Of a stretch of DNA of 64,000 bases, positions 57,156 to 64,000 are shown one piece after another. Source of the DNA: Bacilli bacterium (GTDB taxonomy: Bacteria; Bacillota_I; Bacilli_A; ML615J-28; CAG-698). Where the stretch lies: contig JAQVOS010000002.1 of assembly GCA_028702495.1 (NCBI GenBank), positions 39-64,038 on the forward strand, read 5' to 3'. The position numbers and the translations under genes are program-made. The number at the start of each line of letters is the position of its first letter. Within the stretch, counting starts at the first letter, position 1. Under the pieces are notes generated by a model, which was given only the letters and a program-made list of their open reading frames with translations, ran no database searches and was not told the origin of the DNA.

Positions 57156-59792
57156 TTATCTAGTGGAGTGGCCTTCGCCATCTGTTGCCCCACTAATATC
57201 AAAGGTAAAGGATTCACCTTCATAACTAGGGTATTCAGGCAATCCATATCCTGTAATTTTACTATACAATAACGTATAACTGCGTTTAGCAACCATATCA
57301 CTCGTATTCCCTTCGATGGTATAAACGGTCGTACCATCACACGAAATGACAATACCTGTATGAGAGGCTCCATCGCTCTTAAAGAAGATGAGATCTCCTG
57401 CTTTAGGAACATAATTTTCTTTGTATTGAAACAATCCTCTCGTCTTAAACCAATCCATGCCAATACTGACTGATGCATACTTAGGAATAATATCGGTCGA
57501 TATTCCTACTTGATTGCTACACCAAGAGACAAACATTGCACACCACGCTTGATTAGGCAGTCCATACCATGTCCCAAACTTGGTATCATTGTTCGTTCCT
57601 TCTCTATATCCTTCTTCACTTAATGCTTTTTGTAAGAGTAAATGGATGTAATCAATATTAATAGACTTGCCTACGATAATCGGGAATGTGGTGGTGTAAG
57701 TTCCTTTTGATATGGTTAAGATCGCTGTCCCTTCTTTCAGGGGAGTAATAATGCCTTCTTGATTGACCGTAAAGATGGATTGATTACTCGATGAAAATAT
57801 TGCATTCTCATCACTTAGCATCTTGGGATTTGAATCCAAATGAACGAGATTACTTCCATATACTTTAGGACTCGCAAGTAGTGCATCGTAACTAGATAGG
57901 GGTTCATTGCTAGAAGCTCCCATAAACTTAGAACTATGAGAAGCAAGTGCAATTGGATGAGTGGTATCCGTTCCATAAAAATTATGATTCATGTTGATAT
58001 TAGATGGATTGGAGGCTTCTGTATCAGTACTATTCTTATTCTTTAAATAATAAGTACTAGGCAAGCCAATAAAAGTATTATAATTGATGAAGGCTTTGAA
58101 ACGAACTTGATTGGCTACAGCTGCATTATTACGAAGTAAAATGTAGTTTGCACAATCTTCAAAATGGTTATAACTCATGTTGATGGTTGTTAATCCTTCT
58201 TGATAATTTCTAAAGGATACAGCTCCCGAAAATTGAACTGTTTTTTTGCCAACTTCAATAAATGTATTATCAAAAATTGAAATAATGTTTTCAATATTGG
58301 GGGATTTTGATCCATATGTTCTAAAAAAGATGCCATTATATTCGCCATTTTTAAAAGTATTACCCATGATGACCCACTGACAACTTTTATTCACGATACC
58401 ATTTGACATTCTGATGGCATCCTTTGAAAACCCATCAAACGTATTATTGATGATTTTAAAGGAATCCATATTTGATAAAAGAATGCCCATATCCCCAAGG
58501 TTCGAAAAGTGATTGTTTTCAATAATCACATTATTAGAATATTTTGTACCTCCTACAAATAGGAGGAATCCTGTTCCATAAGTAGCTCCATCTGCCCAGC
58601 TTGTCGCAACCACACTTGTATCTTTCACCACATTGTTGATAAAAGTAAAAGTGTTTGCTTGTCCTTCAGCAGTCACGGTTCCACCTTTAGTAAAACATAA
58701 CCCATTCAATGTAAGTTCTTTTACTTGATCTTGGATTCTAATTTTGCCTTCAAGGATGGCTTCTTCGTCTCGTTCTTGGGTTATAGGATTCTTGTCTTTG
58801 TTAGGGCCAACAATTTTAATTGAACTTTTTGCAATCGTAATGTCCTCATTATACGTTCCACCGAGAAGAACAATCTCTGTATGAAGGATGGCTTCCTCGA
58901 TGGCTTGGGCGATGGTAGGAAAAATGTTCACATTTCGATGATAATCGACTCCACCAATATAAAATATGCTTTGCTCAGGATGTTGATCTATCGATGGATC
59001 AACAATGATTTTTAGTAGACTTGTATTAATGATATCACTAACTTCAATCGTTTGTTCAACAAATTGCATAGGATAGGCTGTTGAAGTAGCTCTAATGGTC
59101 ACTGCACCAACCCCAACAAAATGAATTTCACCACTATTGTTGATGGTAGCCACCGATGTATTACTACTATCCCATGTGACAGGTTCGTGATTTTCGATGG
59201 ATAAAACTCTTGTTTCACACACTAAAGCAGTGGTGTTTGTTTGAAATTCAAACGCGGGAAGGATAATGGGAAGAATGGTAACTGTCGTGGATGCAACGAT
59301 ATCGCTATCCATCATCGCTTCAATTTCAACTTTTCCTGCCGCTAGTGCAATGAGTAAGCCATCACTAGTGATGGTTGCAAGTGTATCATCACTTACTTGC
59401 CAAATCACTTCAAGGGCGAGCTCATCATCAATTAAAAGTTGATAAGGACTTTGTTCACCAACATCTATGGTTTGTTCTCCTGTAATGACATAGATTGGGA
59501 GCGGATGAACGGTGATATCAATCGCAAAGGTTTCGCTTATTCCTTCTAATCCAACAATTAGTATAGCATCTCCTTCTGCTATGGCATTCACTGAAAGCCC
59601 TTCAATGGTGACAATTTCAGGATTTTCATTCATTATGGTTAATGGGGCATTACCAATCACAAATATATCAAGATTAAAACTATCTCCAATCGTTACTTCA
59701 TAAGAGGGAGTATTGACTACAAATGTATCGTTTTGAATGGTACACCCTCCCAAGAAAATCATTAATAGAATCATTAATACAATTTTTTTCAT
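57156..59792 (-). CDS. Surface lipoprotein (878 aa): three Big_2 domains, a right-handed parallel beta-helix (pectate-lyase or tailspike-like) region, another Big_2 domain, and a C-terminal CHAP (cysteine, histidine-dependent amidohydrolase/peptidase) domain. The start is at the ATG at 59790-59792
   Basis: Lipobox LGGC. Beta-helix repeats (IIENNHFSNLGDMGILLSNMDSFKIINNTFDGFSKDAIRMSNG...). CHAP catalytic Cys (NQAWCAMFVSW) and His (GASHTGIVIS). GGAG RBS. Confidence 0.75.
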   Translation of the reverse strand: MKKIVLMILLMIFLGGCTIQNDTFVVNTPSYEVTIGDSFNLDIFVIGNAPLTIMNENPEIVTIEGLSVNAIAEGDAILIVGLEGISETFAIDITVHPLPIYVITGEQTIDVGEQSPYQLLIDDELALEVIWQVSDDTLATITSDGLLIALAAGKVEIEAMMDSDIVASTTVTILPIILPAFEFQTNTTALVCETRVLSIENHEPVTWDSSNTSVATINNSGEIHFVGVGAVTIRATSTAYPMQFVEQTIEVSDIINTSLLKIIVDPSIDQHPEQSIFYIGGVDYHRNVNIFPTIAQAIEEAILHTEIVLLGGTYNEDITIAKSSIKIVGPNKDKNPITQERDEEAILEGKIRIQDQVKELTLNGLCFTKGGTVTAEGQANTFTFINNVVKDTSVVATSWADGATYGTGFLLFVGGTKYSNNVIIENNHFSNLGDMGILLSNMDSFKIINNTFDGFSKDAIRMSNGIVNKSCQWVIMGNTFKNGEYNGIFFRTYGSKSPNIENIISIFDNTFIEVGKKTVQFSGAVSFRNYQEGLTTINMSYNHFEDCANYILLRNNAAVANQVRFKAFINYNTFIGLPSTYYLKNKNSTDTEASNPSNINMNHNFYGTDTTHPIALASHSSKFMGASSNEPLSSYDALLASPKVYGSNLVHLDSNPKMLSDENAIFSSSNQSIFTVNQEGIITPLKEGTAILTISKGTYTTTFPIIVGKSINIDYIHLLLQKALSEEGYREGTNNDTKFGTWYGLPNQAWCAMFVSWCSNQVGISTDIIPKYASVSIGMDWFKTRGLFQYKENYVPKAGDLIFFKSDGASHTGIVISCDGTTVYTIEGNTSDMVAKRSYTLLYSKITGYGLPEYPSYEGESFTFDISGATDGEGHSTR

Positions 59793-59811
59793 ATTTTTCT
59801 CCAATATGACT

Positions 59812-59840
59812 ATTATACTGAATATAAAGGGGGATGTCAA
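59812..59840 (-). promoter_or_regulatory. Consensus sigma-A promoter for the CHAP lipoprotein gene (-35 TTGACA, 17-nt spacer, -10 TATAAT)
   Basis: Minus-strand reading TTGACAtccccctttatattcagTATAAT, ~15 nt before the RBS. Confidence 0.75.
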
Positions 59841-59871
59841 TTTCAATTATTTATTCATATTTTGACTACTT

Positions 59872-59916
59872 AAAAAAGCATTGTCACTATTAGGGCAATG
59901 CTTTGATGTTTTTTAT
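59872..59916. terminator. Hairpin with A/T flanks (bidirectional-type terminator) upstream of the CHAP gene promoter
   Basis: aaaaaagcattg-tcactattaggg-caatgcttttgatgtttttt. Confidence 0.5.
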
Positions 59917-60067
59917 CATCTTGTGTAGTAAATCCATATATGGATTATCTTCCTGAATTTATAAAAATTTGTGAGCTTTAAAGAAATGATTGATAAAAAA
60001 AATATAAAAATGACAATGAGTTCATTGTTATAAATTAAGTAAAAGCAATACTCTTGATTTTTATTGA

Positions 60068-60277
60068 TTATTTACAAAATTTACTCATTGTAATGAGGCT
60101 CAGCAGCATAACAACGATTGTGGGAGTCATCAGTGGCCAAACCAAATTAAAATAGGCAACGAAAGCCATGAAAATATTGTCTGATTCGAAAATATTCAAG
60201 ATCGCTCTAAACACTTCAATATGTGTCATCACAATTGTTATTAGAGCAATAAGACTAATAACAAAAAATAAAACCAA
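60068..60277 (-). CDS. Possible small (69 aa) two-TM membrane protein in an AT-rich intergenic island
   Basis: Two hydrophobic helices. No clear RBS seen. Low coding confidence. Confidence 0.25.
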   Translation of the reverse strand: MVLFFVISLIALITIVMTHIEVFRAILNIFESDNIFMAFVAYFNLVWPLMTPTIVVMLLSLITMSKFCK

Positions 60278-60370
60278 TAAGTCTTCTCATACTATACTCC
60301 TTTAAATATTATTATGTAATGATTATATAGCATAAAAGTATTTTTATACAAGACACTTTTTTATTCATAT

Positions 60371-60400
60371 AAAAAGAGCGATTATCCAATCGCTCTTTAT
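60371..60400 (-). terminator. Rho-independent terminator after the peroxiredoxin gene
   Basis: agagcgatt-atcc-aatcgctct stem with a minus-strand U-run. Confidence 0.7.
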
Positions 60401-60404
60401 TACT

Positions 60405-61082
60405 CTAGTTTGTCTTCTTTTCTTTCTTAAAGCATAGAAACCAATCAAGACATACTTTGTCCTCTGACTTCGTTTCCATTCTTTCTTTTGCGACACCACA
60501 AGAACCTGGAGTTGGAATGATGGTATCATCACCAGGACGCCAGTTAGCTGGAGTTGCAACTCCATCTTTGTCTGCTTTTTGAAGAGCAAGAAGGGCTCGT
60601 TTGATTTCATCAAAATTACGACCAACAGCTGCAGGATAGTACAAAATCAATCGAATAACAGCTTTAGGATCAATAATAAAGACAGCACGAACTGCTTGGG
60701 TACTAGATTGTGATTGAATCATCCCAAACTTATTAGCTACATCCATTTTGATGTCCTCAATCAATGGAAACTTCACTTCCACATTCTTCATGCCCTTCCA
60801 TTTTAACTCTTGAATTTTTCGTAACCATGCAATATGGGCATACAATGAATCGACGGATAGTCCAATGAGTTCTGTGTTGAGCGCTGCAAATTCATCTGCC
60901 ATGGTCGCAAAAGTCATGAATTCAGTAGTACAAACGGGAGTAAAATCCGCAGGGTGGGAGAATAAGATAACCCATTTCCCTTGGTAATCTTCGGGAAATT
61001 TAATCTTTCCTTGCGTTGTAACTGCTTCAAAAGCAGGGGCCGGATCGCCAATTAATGGCATTTTGTAGATTTTTTCTTCCAT
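60405..61082 (-). CDS. 1-Cys peroxiredoxin (Prx6-like, AhpC/TSA family). The start is at the ATG at 61080-61082
   Basis: Peroxidatic-Cys motif DFTPVCTTE and WVILFSHPADF. RBS AAGGAG 8 nt upstream. Confidence 0.8.
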   Translation of the reverse strand: MEEKIYKMPLIGDPAPAFEAVTTQGKIKFPEDYQGKWVILFSHPADFTPVCTTEFMTFATMADEFAALNTELIGLSVDSLYAHIAWLRKIQELKWKGMKNVEVKFPLIEDIKMDVANKFGMIQSQSSTQAVRAVFIIDPKAVIRLILYYPAAVGRNFDEIKRALLALQKADKDGVATPANWRPGDDTIIPTPGSCGVAKERMETKSEDKVCLDWFLCFKKEKKTN

Positions 61083-61149
61083 AATATCACTCCTTTTCAA
61101 TTATATCTCCATTATACCATAATGAAAATATCATGGGTGATATTTGCTT

Positions 61150-61662
61150 TTATATTAGTTTTTCATAAGCCAATCGCCAGTAATCCTTTTGGTTATGATC
61201 AAATAATTCAATTTCGCCACAATGCTGATAGCCAAGTTTTTGGACGAGACGATTCATTGGGATGTTGAGCCGATGGGTATCAATGCGAATACTATGTAAG
61301 TCATTTTTTCTCGCAATGGTTTCTGCTTCGAGTAAGAGATGTTGAGCAATCCCATGACCTAATGCTTCTTTTTTCACGGCAATCCGATGAACAACCGCAT
61401 AATCCCCTTGTGTTAGCCATTTTCCATGATAGATTCTGTCATATTGAGGGTCGCGTTCACAAGCAATATTTGCCATAGCAACAATTTTCTGCTTTAGAAT
61501 AAACACATACAGTGTTTGTTTCTCAATATCACGGAGTAACAAAGTTTCATTTGGATAATTGTTTTGCCATTGAGGAATATTGTTGTCCCTTAAGAATAGA
61601 ACTGCATCATGCACAACATCCATGATGGCGGGTAAATCCGCTTTTTGTGCTAAACGTATCAT
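61150..61662 (-). CDS. GNAT-family N-acetyltransferase (170 aa)
   Basis: Motif A region RIAVKKEALGHGIAQHLL. ATGA overlap with the upstream gene. Confidence 0.7.
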   Translation of the reverse strand: MIRLAQKADLPAIMDVVHDAVLFLRDNNIPQWQNNYPNETLLLRDIEKQTLYVFILKQKIVAMANIACERDPQYDRIYHGKWLTQGDYAVVHRIAVKKEALGHGIAQHLLLEAETIARKNDLHSIRIDTHRLNIPMNRLVQKLGYQHCGEIELFDHNQKDYWRLAYEKLI

Positions 61663-63533
61663 TCTTCACCTCGTAAATACTCAATGAGACTTTCAAATTG
61701 ATTAATGGTTGAAGTTGTCATAAAATCCCAAATATTTGTTGCTTCAAGTGTAATTTTCACGATGTATAACTCATGATTCGAATCATCATAGACACAGAAA
61801 TATATCTCATAATTCTGATTGAGACATAATAATTCTAATTGATACTGCTCAAGAGATACATCTGTAATGGTCGTAGCTAATTCATCATCAACATATATTT
61901 CATAACGTTTGACGACATTATTTTCAAGACGACTGTCCCAAAAAAGAGTCGAAGTTCCTCGGTTCACTCCCACATTGACAATGGACCCATAATTATAGCG
62001 AAGATTGTCAAAAATGAAACTAGAAGATCCCATAGACTGATTATGGTAGTATAATTCAACCGATACATGATATTCTAGATCCTTCAAATTCAACTCTAAA
62101 ACGTTATAACTTGTCATTGTAGGATAGGGGATTTCCAATAAAATCTGATCAGATTCATCTCGTACCACCACTTTTTCCACAGCTCCAATAGTTTGGGGAG
62201 CAATCGTAAGAACACCAACGTCAGGAGATGTTTTAGAACGTATTAATTGGATTCCTTGAATAAGACTTTCCTGATTGATATAGTCATCTTTGTCATAAAT
62301 TTGAAAACGATCTAGTTCTTCACCCGCTGTATTAAAAAAAGTAATATCCATATAATCTTCATAGACTTTGATTAAATTTCCACCATCAATTTTTCCGCCA
62401 ATGGCTGTTTCAACGGCACTCATCGGTGTTCCATTATTGACAACGTAGCGATCACCTAATTGAATACCGGTGATATAGGTGGTCCCCAAGCGAGTGTTTG
62501 TTGCATCAAACGCATGATGAGTTCGTTTGGTGCGAGCATATACATGATTATGACCCGTTAAAACAAGATCGACCCCACAGGTATCAAATATTTTTTGCCA
62601 AGCATTCCTCATCGTTTCTGCTTGTGATGCATTTAATCCATCACCCGTGTAGAAAGGTCGATGTGTATAAACAACAATAAACGTTTTACGATTTTCTTCG
62701 ACAACTTCTCTAAACCATTGTTGTTGATTGGCTAAACTTTCATTTGATTGGTCCTGCATTTCTGAATCAATGGATATCAATAACGTATTCCCATAAGTGA
62801 AGAAATAAGTCGAATTCATGGCCGTTTGGGCTCCATTTTGAGGATTGTATGTGACCTTGTTGAAAAAGGTGTTATCAGCCGTTGCTACACCCGAAGTTGG
62901 ATAATAGTAATAATCATGATTCCCGGGAGTGGCTGCAAAGGCCATCTCTTTCATCATCGATAAATCAAACAAATTGACCCATTGTTGATAATATGAGCCA
63001 TAAGCGGTCACATCCCCACTTGCAACTGTAAATGCTAGATTAGGGTCGAGTTGTTTGGCTTTTGCCATGACATTATTGGCCGCTGTAATACGACCTGGAA
63101 TACTCTCATAAGAATGAATATCCGTCACGTGTAAAAAACTAAAGGAGCTTCCTCCTGCTGTTTGAAAATGATAGGAATCGGTTTTTACTGTTTTCCCAAC
63201 GCGATAAATATAACGTGTGTTCGGAGTTAAGCCGCTTAGTTCAGCTTCGCATCGATTATATGAGCGAACATTTCCAGTAAGATTATCGAATTGATCGGCT
63301 TTGCATGTGGGAGTTATCACGATTTTTTGACTATAAGTTGGATCACTCTCCAATGTGTACTCAATCATTGTTCCGGTGGTGTTGGTGTGATAAGAAATAT
63401 GAATCGAAGTACTCATATCTTCAGCTGGACTTGTTAAAACCATGGTAACTTCGCTAGTTGTTGCATCCACTGTTTTGGGAATCAAAAAGATACTGAATAA
63501 TAGAATCAATAATATTATGACTGCTTTTTTCAT
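61659..63533 (-). CDS. Secreted calcineurin-like metallophosphoesterase (purple-acid-phosphatase-like) with an N-terminal FN3/PAP beta-domain and a ~200-aa C-terminal beta-rich extension. The start is at the ATG at 63531-63533
   Basis: Signal peptide MKKAVIILLILLFSIFLIPKTVDA. PAP metal-ligand motifs (GDVT..Y, GNHDY, TGHNHVYAR). AGGTGA RBS. Confidence 0.7.
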   Translation of the reverse strand: MKKAVIILLILLFSIFLIPKTVDATTSEVTMVLTSPAEDMSTSIHISYHTNTTGTMIEYTLESDPTYSQKIVITPTCKADQFDNLTGNVRSYNRCEAELSGLTPNTRYIYRVGKTVKTDSYHFQTAGGSSFSFLHVTDIHSYESIPGRITAANNVMAKAKQLDPNLAFTVASGDVTAYGSYYQQWVNLFDLSMMKEMAFAATPGNHDYYYYPTSGVATADNTFFNKVTYNPQNGAQTAMNSTYFFTYGNTLLISIDSEMQDQSNESLANQQQWFREVVEENRKTFIVVYTHRPFYTGDGLNASQAETMRNAWQKIFDTCGVDLVLTGHNHVYARTKRTHHAFDATNTRLGTTYITGIQLGDRYVVNNGTPMSAVETAIGGKIDGGNLIKVYEDYMDITFFNTAGEELDRFQIYDKDDYINQESLIQGIQLIRSKTSPDVGVLTIAPQTIGAVEKVVVRDESDQILLEIPYPTMTSYNVLELNLKDLEYHVSVELYYHNQSMGSSSFIFDNLRYNYGSIVNVGVNRGTSTLFWDSRLENNVVKRYEIYVDDELATTITDVSLEQYQLELLCLNQNYEIYFCVYDDSNHELYIVKITLEATNIWDFMTTSTINQFESLIEYLRGEE

Positions 63534-63578
63534 ATGGGTCACCTCGATTAGTATTATAACAAAAATTGATGGAAAATA

Positions 63579-63830
63579 CTATAAAAAGCCAACAACTCCT
63601 AAAATGTAAAAAGCATCTTGTTTAAACAAGATGCTCTCTACAGGGATGTTGAATACTTTTGCAATTAAATTCACCACTTCTATATTCATGGTTCCTTCTT
63701 TTTCAAGTCGTCTGATTTGGCGGTCGCTATAACCGAGCAAATCTCCCATATCAAATTGAGTCATATTTCTACTCAGCCGCAAATTCTTAATGTTTAAAGC
63801 AATGGTGCGGATTTCAACGATTTGATTCAT
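63579..63830 (-). CDS. XRE-family (Cro/CI-type) helix-turn-helix transcriptional regulator with a short hydrophobic C-terminus
   Basis: HTH_XRE pattern LRLSRNMTQFDMGDLLGYSDRQIRRLE. Confidence 0.6.
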   Translation of the reverse strand: MNQIVEIRTIALNIKNLRLSRNMTQFDMGDLLGYSDRQIRRLEKEGTMNIEVVNLIAKVFNIPVESILFKQDAFYILGVVGFL

Positions 63831-63960
63831 GATTCTTCCTCCTCTTATGATTACCTAACGACACATACTAATCGTACATGTTGATCTATCATATTTTATA
63901 TAAGAGGACAAGGATCTTTCACCCTATTTATTATACCTAATAAATCAAAAAATGCAAAGT

Positions 63961-63990
63961 AAAAATCGGACAGGATATGTCCGATTTTAA
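63961..63990. terminator. Hairpin with A/T flanks (bidirectional-type terminator) at the window edge
   Basis: aaaaatcggac-aggatat-gtccgattttaa. Confidence 0.5.
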
Positions 63991-64000
63991 CTGTTTTATA

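Noticed and set aside
59847-60404. AT-rich 560-bp gap as a possible sRNA or mobile-element remnant
   Set aside because: It contains only a weak 69-aa two-TM ORF and two hairpins that are adequately explained as terminators. No inverted terminal repeats, direct repeats or integrase fragments are visible.
63579-63830. XRE regulator as part of a toxin-antitoxin or phage-immunity module
   Set aside because: It has no partner small ORF, no integrase and no phage genes. It is probably a stand-alone regulator, possibly for the adjacent phosphoesterase operon.
1-64000. Mollicutes genetic code (TGA=Trp)
   Set aside because: TGA terminates many genes exactly where the conserved domains end, for example the etfA/glcD ATGA overlap and the stops of the CAT-like and GNAT genes. 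Long intact ORFs exist under code 11. The standard code is therefore in use.
1-64000. CRISPR arrays, tRNA/rRNA genes, transposases and integrases
   Set aside because: No regularly spaced direct repeats and no cloverleaf-compatible tRNA-like segments were seen. No ORF has transposase or integrase motifs (DDE, tyrosine recombinase R..H..R..Y). None is reported.

Overview
This is a low-GC (~38%), lipoprotein-rich window from a Firmicutes- or Tenericutes-like genome that uses the standard genetic code (TGA is used as a stop in many genes). It is densely coding, and every confident gene but one lies on the minus strand. Almost all of it is one large amino-sugar and peptidoglycan-turnover locus. 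Main contents: (i) A MurNAc catabolic core: MurQ etherase, AnmK, a BadF-type sugar kinase, a GH3 NagZ fused to a DUF871/MupG-like domain, and a DUF1343/NamZ-like exo-muramidase. (ii) A second NagZ, NagB, a cytoplasmic GH20, a DUF187 glycosidase-like protein and a GH18 lipoprotein. (iii) Peptide-stem enzymes: LD-carboxypeptidase, a beta-lactamase-fold hydrolase, two tandem-GNAT paralogs, and a diaminopimelate-decarboxylase::M19-dipeptidase fusion. (iv) Two LplABC-type sugar ABC importer modules with no ATPase gene, each headed by a giant membrane-anchored extracytoplasmic protein, plus an orphan Big_2-SBP lipoprotein with a DUF624 partner. (v) Two convergent surface lipoproteins with peptidoglycan-hydrolase domains (Amidase_2+LTD, and beta-helix+CHAP), each with three N-terminal Big_2 domains and a consensus sigma-A promoter. 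Also present: an electron-bifurcating-type lactate dehydrogenase/EtfAB operon, YmdB, QueH, DusB, a heterodimeric ABC exporter, a peroxiredoxin, a secreted metallophosphoesterase and an XRE regulator. No rRNA, tRNA, CRISPR or mobile elements were seen. Several gene fusions and an uncharacterised three-gene membrane module look novel. All domain calls rest on motif recognition in the supplied translations, not on database searches.
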